A stretch of DNA of 63,998 bases, counting the filler, from Stramenopiles sp. TOSAG23-2 (lineage: Eukaryota): assembly GCA_900128395.1 (NCBI GenBank). It is 5 parts of 5 records of this genome, joined end to end, with 100 filler letters (N's around TTAATTAATTAA, not from the genome) between each part and the next. Parts side by side here need not be neighbours in the genome. Positions count along the whole stretch, not along the records: positions 39,157 to 52,084 come from LT649826.1; positions 52,185 to 63,998 come from LT649895.1; 3 more parts are not named here. One strand, 5' to 3'. This document shows, in pieces, positions 45,810 to 56,688 of the stretch (the first letter of the stretch is position 1; every line of letters starts with the position of its first letter). Below the pieces are notes generated by a model. The model saw only the letters and a list, made by a program, of their open reading frames with translations, ran no database searches and was not told the origin of the DNA. The position numbers were made by a program, and so were the translations under genes.

Positions 45810-48800
45810 TCACACATCACCTTTCTTTATTCTCTCTGCTATATCATCCCCTTCCGTATCATTTGAAAAGATGTTACCTCTTGCAAATGGATTTGGACTT
45901 AATGGTACTTTCATACGCACACTCATTGCTTTTCCTTCAGATACTTGTTTTTGAATAAAATTAGCAACATCTTCAATATCTTCCTCTTCATCGCTACTAT
46001 ATTCAAATACATCATATGTAACTTCATCCCCACGATAATCACTCTGTTGCTTTCCCAACATGGAATTTTGTTCTTCAGTATATGCTATATGTTCTGCAAG
46101 TGCAGAGCTTCCATGGCGGTTTAATGATGTGTCATTTTTAATATCAGCTTGTTTATTTTCAAACATGAATGAAAATTGTAAAAGTTCATCTGTTGTAGGA
46201 CGTGTTTCTTCATTAAAATCGAAACACCGATTTAAAAATTCAACCAATGCTAATGAAGCGTCATCTGGGTATTCCTCTGTTGGTGGACTATCTGCATTTG
46301 AAATATAAAACATCAACGCCATTGCCGTATCAATGCCTTTAGAGGACCATGGTGGATTTCCTGTAAACATATTTAGAACCGTTCCGCCGACACTCCATAT
46401 ATCTGCTTTCCTGCCTTGCTTTTCCTGTCGGATCAATTCAGGTGCCATGAAATATGGTGTGCCACGAAATTCTAATTCTTCTTTCTTTGAAATGCTTTGT
46501 CCACTTGTTAATTGTCTTGCAGCTCCAAAATCAGCTAATTTAACAGTACCTAAGTCATTTATCAATACATTGCCTGGTTTTATATCTAAATGTATCACAT
46601 CGTTATCATGCAAATATTTCAGTCCCAGTAAAATTTGTTTTGTATATGTACGAGCAATCGATTCTGTTAACCGTCCAAATTTTTTTAATATATCGACTAA
46701 TGATCCAGCAGGAACCCATTCCGTAAAGATATACAGTTCCCTTGTCTCGCCATCCCATTGTGCCCCCAAGTAGCTTACGATATGCCTATGAGATAATTTT
46801 TTCATTACATTAATTTCATCTTGCAAATCTTTCAATTCTTCAGGATCAGAATTAGTTGCAATTTGTTTCACCGCCATCATTTCACCACTTTGTAAATTTA
46901 ATCCCATATAAACTGTACCATAAGCACCTTTCCCAATAATTTCACCTTTGCGCCATTCTCCCAAATCACCTCGTTCCCGTTTTTTTCCCTGCCTATCTTC
47001 TTCATTATTTGCTTTTTCGGTCGTTTCTTTCTTCCCTTTTTCCACAACTTGCTTTTTCTTGCCATTTTTTGGGCTACGGTGTATATTCAATGTTACATAT
47101 GCAACGGGAAAATATCCCTCCCCGCGACGAGATTGGCCAAACCACCACTCATCCGATTGAGTTGTATCTTGCACACTAATCAAATCATCTTTCTTCATAT
47201 CTAAGTCATTTTCATTCCCATCATAATTTGAAATGGCAAGTACATTAAATGGTGTTGCTGGTATATCATTCCAATCCATCTGAGCTGCTGTTTTGTTTAA
47301 AGATGAATCCATATTAGAATTACTATCTGTCCTAACTCTGGATGGTGCATGTTGCTTTGGTGGCGATGGGTAATATTCCGCTTGGTTCTCCTCCAATGGT
47401 TTTAATCCACATTTTTCACGCAATTTACCAACGACACGCAGGACTTTAGCAACGTGAATTTTTTTCACTCCAATGGACATTACATCATCACTTTGTAAAC
47501 CCAACAATGTTTCTCCGTCTATATCTGCCAATGCTTCTCGACGAAGCGATGACCGGACAACTTTTAATTCTTGATTGAATGCAAACCATTTCATGACTTC
47601 TCTTTCTCCCCAATCTTTTGCTTCCCCTTCCCGTAAGTTTGAAGCGCTTTTCCACTCGTCATAACTAAATCCAAAAAATATATTATATTGTATACCAACT
47701 TCTTTTCTTAAATCGCATAATCGATTGATAGTCTGGTCACAATTCGCACTATCATCGCGATCGATCGACCATAATTTATACCATTGTATTAACTCAATGG
47801 AATTATTATTATTATCATCGAAAAATTCAAGCGCTTCCCGTAATTCCCGATCACTCCAATAATTAAATCCAAAATCATTAACCATCCGCGTAAACTCTTC
47901 TTTTGAAATAACTCCTGTTCGACTTTGATCATATTGATCAAAGCAACTACGAATGCCACGATCAGCTGTTACAGGTACCAGTTGCCGCAGCATTTTTGGA
48001 GACATATGTTTGGACGACTTTCGAAAACTTTGCATTTGTTCTTCACTGGATAAACGTCGTAACGATGATTTTTTTACAAGTCTTACATTGGAAGATTTGG
48101 ACATTCGCAATGATTCTCTCATTGCTATTTCTAATTCAAGCTCTTCTTTTGATTTCTTTCGATTACGATGGTTATTATTATTTGCTGATGGTGATTCCCT
48201 TAGCGATGCTTCTTTTACCATTGCCATTTGCCGTGCTTCCCTTTCTGCTTGTCGTTTTCGCCTTTTTTCATCTTTTACACTTAAAAGCAATGCTTGACGA
48301 ATATTTTCATCATCGACATCGTTATTATTGTTATTATTACTATTATTATTGTTGTTGTTGTTGTTATCATAATTATCATTATTATTATGTTGTGGCGGAG
48401 AACCATACCGCGGCACATGGCAATATTCACAAATTTGGGAAGATGGGGCATTCATATATGTACAAGAAGGACATGCCCAATTAGCAGTTGGGGAAGAGTT
48501 TTGATGATAGGATGATGCATTATTGTGGCTGTTTGGGCTACCATATTCCATGCTTTCCACCTCTAAATTTTTATCATGCATCATTTTTTGAAATAACATA
48601 AAATCTTCAAAAGTTAATAGTTGCGTTAATAATGCTTTCAATGCTGCGTCACGTGGACCTTGATCAGGTTGTTGTAATTTTATTTCACACGCTTGAATAA
48701 ATTCCTCCGCGGTACTTCCTACATCGTTCAATACTCCATCTACTAAACCATCCACTACATCTTTAAACTTTTGAAAAATGTCATATTGTCCATGGTCATG

Positions 48801-49037
48801 TTCACCTTCTATATCTGCAAAAATTGCACAGTTTGTAGAAACAAAATTAGATATTATTTGCTTCCATTCTGCACTATTTATATAGTCATTTACACAATCA
48901 ATAATAGTATCATACGTCAATCTGGACCCTTGGTGGGTACCACCAGGACTATGCTTTGGTTGCGGTGTACCACACATTTCACAAGATAAATTATTTGAAT
49001 CATTTTCAAACGTACATGCTGCACATGCCCACTGCAT
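45810..49037 (-). CDS. STE11/NPK1-like MAPKKK with RanBP2-ZnF, BART, UIM, EF-hand, SAM and SH3 domains
   Basis: WACAACTFEN and WACPSCTYMN; BART-like segment; ELELEIAMRESL; DQSRTGVISKEE; SAM WGEREVMKWF..DIDGETLL; SH3 EWWFG..GEGYFPVAYV; kinase GKGAYG, HLDIKPGN, DFG, GTPYFMAPE. Confidence 0.85.
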   Translation of the reverse strand: MQWACAACTFENDSNNLSCEMCGTPQPKHSPGGTHQGSRLTYDTIIDCVNDYINSAEWKQIISNFVSTNCAIFADIEGEHDHGQYDIFQKFKDVVDGLVDGVLNDVGSTAEEFIQACEIKLQQPDQGPRDAALKALLTQLLTFEDFMLFQKMMHDKNLEVESMEYGSPNSHNNASSYHQNSSPTANWACPSCTYMNAPSSQICEYCHVPRYGSPPQHNNNDNYDNNNNNNNNSNNNNNNDVDDENIRQALLLSVKDEKRRKRQAEREARQMAMVKEASLRESPSANNNNHRNRKKSKEELELEIAMRESLRMSKSSNVRLVKKSSLRRLSSEEQMQSFRKSSKHMSPKMLRQLVPVTADRGIRSCFDQYDQSRTGVISKEEFTRMVNDFGFNYWSDRELREALEFFDDNNNNSIELIQWYKLWSIDRDDSANCDQTINRLCDLRKEVGIQYNIFFGFSYDEWKSASNLREGEAKDWGEREVMKWFAFNQELKVVRSSLRREALADIDGETLLGLQSDDVMSIGVKKIHVAKVLRVVGKLREKCGLKPLEENQAEYYPSPPKQHAPSRVRTDSNSNMDSSLNKTAAQMDWNDIPATPFNVLAISNYDGNENDLDMKKDDLISVQDTTQSDEWWFGQSRRGEGYFPVAYVTLNIHRSPKNGKKKQVVEKGKKETTEKANNEEDRQGKKRERGDLGEWRKGEIIGKGAYGTVYMGLNLQSGEMMAVKQIATNSDPEELKDLQDEINVMKKLSHRHIVSYLGAQWDGETRELYIFTEWVPAGSLVDILKKFGRLTESIARTYTKQILLGLKYLHDNDVIHLDIKPGNVLINDLGTVKLADFGAARQLTSGQSISKKEELEFRGTPYFMAPELIRQEKQGRKADIWSVGGTVLNMFTGNPPWSSKGIDTAMALMFYISNADSPPTEEYPDDASLALVEFLNRCFDFNEETRPTTDELLQFSFMFENKQADIKNDTSLNRHGSSALAEHIAYTEEQNSMLGKQQSDYRGDEVTYDVFEYSSDEEEDIEDVANFIQKQVSEGKAMSVRMKVPLSPNPFARGNIFSNDTEGDDIAERIKKGDV

Positions 49038-49980
49038 TATTTTTTTTAATTTGAATCATTTTCAAACGTACATGCCGCACATGCCCACTGCATTATTTTT
49101 TTTCACAAAATCAAAATTATAGTTATATATTATTTTATTACACCAGACTAAATAATTAAATTAAATAGAAAAAAAAAATTCACTGATGATTATTATTATT
49201 GTGTCAATTTTTAATATAAAAAAACAAAAACTAAAAACAAAAAAAAAAGTTGTCGTCAAATATTATACAGCTATTGATTTACAATTGTTGGTTAAATAAT
49301 ATTGCCAAACAATTCGTGTTGCTATAATGTACATACACTGTGACACTCTGCATGACACATGATGATATACACGAGATGGTGATTTTCTATTATTTATTTT
49401 TCTATTTCGTTTTTTCTGGAATCCGTCAATCCTAGTCGAGTGCCTCCATACTAACACGGCTTATTTTATATATGTTTCAATTCCCCTGATTGTTATTCTA
49501 TGCTAATCAATTAATAGTAAATGTTGTTTTGGCCATCTACAGGGAAATTTTTCATCAAATTTCACTAAAATCAACATTTTCAACCTAAATTCTTATAATT
49601 CATTGTTATGATGATGGATTTTTCATTTCATTACATGAAAACAAAGGAAAAACATTGAAAATACCTTTTTAAACTTAGGCTCCACTAGTATACCATTTTT
49701 CCTATCAATTGGCAAAATAATTTTGACATTTCTTGTTTTCAGAAATTAGGGATAGCAGAATTTCTGGCATCAAATTTTTACATTAAAATTTGTACTTAAA
49801 TAAATTATTAATTTACCGAAATGACGAAACAAAAGTTTAAAATTTATAAAAATCATTAAATTATAAAAATATCCATTTTTTAAAACACAAAATACATGTA
49901 AAAATTACATCGTCATTTTAACAATTTCATCATCTTCTTAAAACTACATATAAATACCATTAATATGAAATCATGCAAAA

Positions 49981-50720
49981 TATCATATTTTAGATGGAAA
50001 TTCACTTTTTTACATAAATTGTAAATATCGTTTTTGGAATATTGAAACCTATCAATAATTTAGTATAATATTTTTGTACTAAAAAGTGTAAGACAGAGTC
50101 GACACTACATGTGAAAATCACCTATCAAGTAGAGTTACAGCTATAGGGTTACGCGTTTTTTTCAACTTTTAACGGTTATTCAAATATGAAGTAACAATAG
50201 AAATAATAACATACCTTGTATATTTATTACTAATCATATATAAATTGATCGTAGATACTTATTTTGATAAAGATATGTATTATCATATTTTAGATGGAAA
50301 TTCACTTTTTTACATAAATTGTAAATATCGTTTTTGGAAGATTTTAACCTATCAACATTTGGTAAATCATTTTTGTACTAAATAGTGTAAGACAGAGCCG
50401 ACACTACAAGTGAAAAGCACCTATCAAGTAGTGTTACAGCTATAGGGTTACGCGTTTTTTTCAACTTTTAACGGTTATTCAAATATGAAGTAACAATAGA
50501 AATAATAACATACCTTGTATATTTATTACTAATCATATATAAATTGATCGTAGATACTTGTTTTGCGAAAGTTATGTAATTGTACGTGTTACAGCTATAG
50601 GGTTACGCGTTTTTTTCAACTTTTAACGGTAATTCAAATGTGAAGTAGATACAATAATATTAATATATCTTGTATATTTATTACCAAGTATATCAAAATT
50701 AATCGTGGGTACTTATTTTT
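49981..50720. repeat. Diverged tandem repeat, ~300-bp unit (2 copies plus a partial third)
   Basis: tatcatattttagatggaaattcac at 49981 and 50281; gttacagctatagggttacgcg occurs three times; scattered substitutions between copies. Confidence 0.85.
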
Positions 50721-52084
50721 CTAAATCTATATATCTGTATACACAATAAATCACCTTTTATAATTTTCAAATTTGCCATTTTTAGTCAAGCCTATGTCCA
50801 TACTAATTTCGAAAAAAATCACCATTTTGAAAAAAATTCAATACCTTGTCAGTTTCATTTAAAACATAATTGGATCAAAATATTTGTGTACTTCTTTCCT
50901 TTAGACATGTGTTGAGAGATGTGTCTTATAACGAATTAATTTGTAGAAGATTTAGATAGAAAAATTTGACACATTGTATTTTGGTGATATTTCTGATAAT
51001 TTTTCAATATTTTGGTGATTTTTTGGACTATAACCTTAAAATAATTCAATCTTGAAAATCACATATCGGGGTAAAGCTCGACTTATATGTGGTGTATGGA
51101 CAGGAGAACAGTCGGAGATTGTTTAGGTGATCAGTATACGACTTTTAGGTGTTGGTTTCAGCTTCGTGTATAATGGGAAAGTGTAGAAATGGCATTTGTG
51201 TGAGTGTACGTTGGTGTTGAAAAATAGAGTGAGAGGTCCCGTCATGTACGGGTAGGACCCCTCAATGCTGAGTAGTGCTAGCATCTCTAACCCTAACGTA
51301 AATGATCAAAATGCACGATATTTTTAGTAAGCATGGTTCCACAGCTAAACTCCCCAGACCACGACCTACTGATATTTTATACGTAATAAACAACGGATAT
51401 GCAACGTTTCAAAGTCTAATTTGAATAGCTTCAATGAAAGTTATTAACCTTTCATGATTTTCACCATTTCAATGAAAAAGTGCTCTAATACTAACTCCAT
51501 GCTAACGTGCGATTAAAATTTTTTTTTCAGCACTTTTCTTTAAAAACATAATTATACATGTAAACTCTCGGAGAAAAGTTAAATATATCACCTACCATAT
51601 ACAATCTACGACATTTTATCAAAATTTTTTATGTTTCGTGTTTAAAATGAAGATTTCTAGCTCTCGTTAAAATGTATGTGAACGAAAATCGATCTGGAAT
51701 TCTAGGCCTTTTTCAAGCATGTGGAAATGCATTGTAAAATGGGGTATAGTTAATACAATATATCTCAAGTCAATTAAAATATCAATACAAAACTAGGTTC
51801 AATTCTAATTTGTACATGTATAGAGGCAATCTTAAGAGTAAGTTGATGACAACTGAGTGTCAGGAACACACTTTACTAACGACGTTTCAACGCATCTGGT
51901 AATTGGTCTGCTATGGCTGTAGAACGATATATGTCCATCGAAATCTAAGAGTAAGTTGATGACAACTGAGTGTCAGGAACACACTTTACTAACGACGTTT
52001 TAATTGCATGTCAAAGTACCCTTACTATCAAATAGGCTTGTAAAACCTTAATAAAAGTGACCAAAAATGTGCATTTTTTAGTGA

Positions 52085-52184
52085 NNNNNNNNNNNNNNNN
52101 NNNNNNNNNNNNNNNNNNNNNNNNNNNNTTAATTAATTAANNNNNNNNNNNNNNNNNNNNNNNNNNNNNNNNNNNNNNNNNNNN
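52085..52184. other. Artificial contig spacer
   Basis: N-run TTAATTAATTAA N-run. Confidence 0.98.
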
Positions 52185-52236
52185 TGCAATTGCAAGATCA
52201 ACTACAAAATTATTACGACGTAGTTATACAAATCAA

Positions 52237-53967
52237 ATGAAAATTCGTAATAAAACAACAGCTATTGCTACTGCAAGTAATTATAATAAAGAATATCATT
52301 GGAATCATTTAAATATTGCTTTAACAACTATGATAGCATCTGCTGGAGTTGCAGTAGTTGTATCAGCAGAAGAAGATATTAATAATAATAACAATAATAC
52401 TAATGCAAAACCAGATGATAATACATATAATAAACAACAACAACAAGAACCACCTGCTCCTAAAAAAAAGCCTATGACTCGACGAAAATTAGCACGGCGC
52501 AATAGTCGTAGAAGACAACGGAGACATTATCCATATGTAATTATTGGTGGTGGAACAACTTCATATGCAGCAATTGAAGCAATTAGACAAATACAACCTG
52601 ATGCTAATATTTTAATGATTTCAGATGAACCTGCTTTGCCACGTGCAGATGTTGATGATGATAGTGATTTTTTTGAATGTAATTCTTTATTGTCTATATA
52701 CAATGAGTATCGTAGGCACATAAGCTCAAGATTGGAGACTGAACCTGATGCATATAGCTCGAAACCCATTACATTGTTGCTTGGTAGACGTAAATTACAT
52801 TTAGATGCTGAATCAAGAACAGTCGTTTTGCTTGATGGATCAAGAATAACATATGATAAATGTTTACTTGCAAGTGCCGGAGATCCTAGGGATTTATATG
52901 TATTGGATAATAATCAAATACCATTTACATTGCGTGAAAACATCAATACATTGACTAAATTGCAACATTTTGTTGATTTAGATGCATCGTTACGCAATGA
53001 TGGTGTGGAACATTTAACGGTTGTAGGTGGTGGTTTCCTAGGAACGGAAATGGCTTGTTCTGTGATGGATCATGTAAACTCTGGAAGAATTCAAGTTTCA
53101 CATGTTATGGTTGAAACAGGACCATTGCAACGTTATTTGCCAAGATATTTGAGCCAATATATTGGTCGTCAAATGCGAGAAAATCTTGGCATAGATATTA
53201 TATCAGATCGTTTAGTAACAGGCTTATCTCACAACAAGAGGAACAACAGCAAAAATAAAAATGAAAAAGTGGTAGAGCCATTGCGTCCAGTAGTAGTGGA
53301 TATATCTGGATATGAAAATGAAAAGCTAGAAACAGATTATGTTTTATTGGCTTCAACACATATTACACCAAATACACGTGTTGGGGAGGAAAGTGGCCTT
53401 GAGATTGATTCAACAAATGGGGGTATTGTAGTCAATGGTGCATTTGAAAGTATGAATGGATTATATATTGCAGGAAATTTAGCATCATATTATGATGCTG
53501 CTATTGGTCGTAGACGTGTCGATCGATATGATCATGCTGTTAATAGTGGTTTATTGGCAGGGAAAAATATGGCAATGACAAATATGGAAAACAATAAAGA
53601 GCAAAGTCTTTATCGACATCAACCATCATTTAAAAGTGAATTACGTGGTTTAGGGGTAACAATTGAAGGGGTTGGAATTATTGATTCAAAGTTAACTACA
53701 ATTGGTGTTTGGCTTGCAAATAGAGATAAAGAAACCAATGAAATATTAGAACGTACGCCTACTAGTGATTTTCAACGTGGTGTTGTATATTATTTAAAAG
53801 ACAATGTAGTTGTTGGTGTTATTTTATGGAATGCAAGTGATCAAATGAACAAAGCAAGGGAAATTGTTAACGATAAAAAAATACTGAATCAAAGCAATGT
53901 AGCAAATGAATTACAAAAAATGATTTCATTGGCACCAGAAGAATCGTTAGATATTATACAATCGTGA
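52237..53967 (+). CDS. AIFM1: Apoptosis-inducing factor-like FAD/NADH oxidoreductase (start probably upstream of the contig edge)
   Basis: PYVIIGGGT, VVGGGFLGTE, GRRRVDRYDHAVNSGLLAGKNM, GVVYYLKD..VVGVILWN; frame open to the contig start (AIARSTTKLLRRSY, presequence-like). Confidence 0.85.
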   Translation: MKIRNKTTAIATASNYNKEYHWNHLNIALTTMIASAGVAVVVSAEEDINNNNNNTNAKPDDNTYNKQQQQEPPAPKKKPMTRRKLARRNSRRRQRRHYPYVIIGGGTTSYAAIEAIRQIQPDANILMISDEPALPRADVDDDSDFFECNSLLSIYNEYRRHISSRLETEPDAYSSKPITLLLGRRKLHLDAESRTVVLLDGSRITYDKCLLASAGDPRDLYVLDNNQIPFTLRENINTLTKLQHFVDLDASLRNDGVEHLTVVGGGFLGTEMACSVMDHVNSGRIQVSHVMVETGPLQRYLPRYLSQYIGRQMRENLGIDIISDRLVTGLSHNKRNNSKNKNEKVVEPLRPVVVDISGYENEKLETDYVLLASTHITPNTRVGEESGLEIDSTNGGIVVNGAFESMNGLYIAGNLASYYDAAIGRRRVDRYDHAVNSGLLAGKNMAMTNMENNKEQSLYRHQPSFKSELRGLGVTIEGVGIIDSKLTTIGVWLANRDKETNEILERTPTSDFQRGVVYYLKDNVVVGVILWNASDQMNKAREIVNDKKILNQSNVANELQKMISLAPEESLDIIQS

Positions 53968-54117
53968 GAAGTGTAAATTTTATATTGATCACGACGACAC
54001 GACGAGTGTAATATAAAAGACGATTTTTTAAAATTTTACTCTAACACTCGTATATTTTTTTTTATTTTTATAAAAAATGATATTTTACCAGGTTTACTTG
54101 GGAGGAATTTTTTAAAT

Positions 54118-54705
54118 TTAAACACACAAACGATTCTTACGACGATTATTATTACACGATAATGACGATTTTTTATTACTTTTCATTTTCTTCTTCTTCT
54201 TTTTCTTCTTCTTTTTATGATTATTTTGTTTTACATATTTTTTACCAATGATAATATCATTGAAATCAGAAGGATAATTATGCATATTGACTAAATGTTC
54301 TCCTCTTTCTAAATGTGAAGAAAATTTATATGGACAGTTTTCTATTAAACATTCGTACATTGGTTGTCTTTCATTTTGTGCAAGGAAAAAATTATCATGT
54401 ACCTCACGTAAATGTATATCTAAATATCGTGGACCAGGCAATGATAAATTACATATACTACATGCAAATCGATGAGCTGCTTCATAATGCATCATATATT
54501 TTTCCACTGATATAAAATGTACTTTACAACCGTTAACACCACAAGGAAATTTCGATACGAATTTATTCTTTTTTAGTTGATTTTTTCCAATTAATGTATC
54601 ATAAAAACCTATTGATGAATTTTTTATTGTTTTCGCATATAATAGATCTGCATCTTGAAAAAATGTATGGTTCTCTGGATACCTTACTTTAATCGGCCTG
54701 TACAT
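54118..54705 (-). CDS. ZNF511: C2H2 zinc-finger protein, ZNF511-like
   Basis: CGVNGC..HY..H, CSIC..LDIHL.EVHD.FF, MYECLIENC..H....H.YP. Confidence 0.75.
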   Translation of the reverse strand: MYRPIKVRYPENHTFFQDADLLYAKTIKNSSIGFYDTLIGKNQLKKNKFVSKFPCGVNGCKVHFISVEKYMMHYEAAHRFACSICNLSLPGPRYLDIHLREVHDNFFLAQNERQPMYECLIENCPYKFSSHLERGEHLVNMHNYPSDFNDIIIGKKYVKQNNHKKKKKKKKKKMKSNKKSSLSCNNNRRKNRLCV

Positions 54706-54856
54706 ACTTTATTTACATCTATATATATACAATTTGATCATTATTTCTCCAGCTTGTTATTCGCTTGTGGTGGTTGTTTTGTATATTTATGTGTAAGCTC
54801 ATTCGAACTTAGTACAGCTGTAGGTGCTTATTATACGACGTAGTTATACAAATCAA

Positions 54857-56587
54857 ATGAAAATTCGTAATAAAACAACAGCTATTGCTACTGCAAGTAA
54901 TTATAATAAAGAATATCATTGGAATCATTTAAATATTGCTTTAACAACTATGATAGCATCTGCTGGAGTTGCAGTAGTTGTATCAGCAGAAGAAGATATT
55001 AATAATAATAACAATAATACTAATGCAAAACCAGATGATAATACATATAATAAACAACAACAACAAGAACCACCTGCTCCTAAAAAAAAGCCTATGACTC
55101 GACGAAAATTAGCACGGCGCAATAGTCGTAGAAGACAACGGAGACATTATCCATATGTAATTATTGGTGGTGGAACAACTTCATATGCAGCAATTGAAGC
55201 AATTAGACAAATACAACCTGATGCTAATATTTTAATGATTTCAGATGAACCTGCTTTGCCACGTGCAGATGTTGATGATGATAGTGATTTTTTTGAATGT
55301 AATTCTTTATTGTCTATATACAATGAGTATCGTAGGCACATAAGCTCAAGATTGGAGACTGAACCTGATGCATATAGCTCGAAACCCATTACATTGTTGC
55401 TTGGTAGACGTAAATTACATTTAGATGCTGAATCAAGAACAGTCGTTTTGCTTGATGGATCAAGAATAACATATGATAAATGTTTACTTGCAAGTGCCGG
55501 AGATCCTAGGGATTTATATGTATTGGATAATAATCAAATACCATTTACATTGCGTGAAAACATCAATACATTGACTAAATTGCAACATTTTGTTGATTTA
55601 GATGCATCGTTACGCAATGATGGTGTGGAACATTTAACGGTTGTAGGTGGTGGTTTCCTAGGAACGGAAATGGCTTGTTCTGTGATGGATCATGTAAACT
55701 CTGGAAGAATTCAAGTTTCACATGTTATGGTTGAAACAGGACCATTGCAACGTTATTTGCCAAGATATTTGAGCCAATATATTGGTCGTCAAATGCGAGA
55801 AAATCTTGGCATAGATATTATATCAGATCGTTTAGTAACAGGCTTATCTCACAACAAGAGGAACAACAGCAAAAATAAAAATGAAAAAGTGGTAGAGCCA
55901 TTGCGTCCAGTAGTAGTGGATATATCTGGATATGAAAATGAAAAGCTAGAAACAGATTATGTTTTATTGGCTTCAACACATATTACACCAAATACACGTG
56001 TTGGGGAGGAAAGTGGCCTTGAGATTGATTCAACAAATGGGGGTATTGTAGTCAATGGTGCATTTGAAAGTATGAATGGATTATATATTGCAGGAAATTT
56101 AGCATCATATTATGATGCTGCTATTGGTCGTAGACGTGTCGATCGATATGATCATGCTGTTAATAGTGGTTTATTGGCAGGGAAAAATATGGCAATGACA
56201 AATATGGAAAACAATAAAGAGCAAAGTCTTTATCGACATCAACCATCATTTAAAAGTGAATTACGTGGTTTAGGGGTAACAATTGAAGGGGTTGGAATTA
56301 TTGATTCAAAGTTAACTACAATTGGTGTTTGGCTTGCAAATAGAGATAAAGAAACCAATGAAATATTAGAACGTACGCCTACTAGTGATTTTCAACGTGG
56401 TGTTGTATATTATTTAAAAGACAATGTAGTTGTTGGTGTTATTTTATGGAATGCAAGTGATCAAATGAACAAAGCAAGGGAAATTGTTAACGATAAAAAA
56501 ATACTGAATCAAAGCAATGTAGCAAATGAATTACAAAAAATGATTTCATTGGCACCAGAAGAATCGTTAGATATTATACAATCGTGA
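54857..56587 (+). CDS. AIFM1: Second, apparently identical AIF copy (probable assembly duplication)
   Basis: 54834-56590 repeats 52214-53970; translated proteins are identical. Confidence 0.45.
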   Translation: MKIRNKTTAIATASNYNKEYHWNHLNIALTTMIASAGVAVVVSAEEDINNNNNNTNAKPDDNTYNKQQQQEPPAPKKKPMTRRKLARRNSRRRQRRHYPYVIIGGGTTSYAAIEAIRQIQPDANILMISDEPALPRADVDDDSDFFECNSLLSIYNEYRRHISSRLETEPDAYSSKPITLLLGRRKLHLDAESRTVVLLDGSRITYDKCLLASAGDPRDLYVLDNNQIPFTLRENINTLTKLQHFVDLDASLRNDGVEHLTVVGGGFLGTEMACSVMDHVNSGRIQVSHVMVETGPLQRYLPRYLSQYIGRQMRENLGIDIISDRLVTGLSHNKRNNSKNKNEKVVEPLRPVVVDISGYENEKLETDYVLLASTHITPNTRVGEESGLEIDSTNGGIVVNGAFESMNGLYIAGNLASYYDAAIGRRRVDRYDHAVNSGLLAGKNMAMTNMENNKEQSLYRHQPSFKSELRGLGVTIEGVGIIDSKLTTIGVWLANRDKETNEILERTPTSDFQRGVVYYLKDNVVVGVILWNASDQMNKAREIVNDKKILNQSNVANELQKMISLAPEESLDIIQS

Positions 56588-56688
56588 GAATTTGCAACAA
56601 CATATAGTAATATAAATATTTATATACTTTAAATTAAAGGTAATTTGCAAATATAAAAGATTATAAAATAATACAATAGTTATACAAA

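Noticed and set aside
51287-51297. CTAACCCTAAC telomere-like motif
   Set aside because: Fewer than two full units; no array
51833-52000. Repeat-spacer-repeat (55 bp / 58 bp / 55 bp) resembling a mini-CRISPR
   Set aside because: Only two copies, eukaryotic context, no cas genes; the same ~55-bp flanking-repeat pattern recurs at 44557/44936 and ~63005/63123, consistent with an assembly k-mer artefact
12959-52184. TTAATTAATTAA palindromes spaced about every 13 kb
   Set aside because: Artificial spacers within N-runs; enclosed contigs are 12951, 12947 and 12928 bp, i.e. length-sorted, so no synteny can be inferred across them
52214-56590. Tandem AIF gene duplication as biological amplification
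   Set aside because: Copies look identical, the second lacks the upstream presequence frame, and removing it leaves a normal divergent ZNF511/EF-hand gene pair; likely artefact unless long reads confirm it
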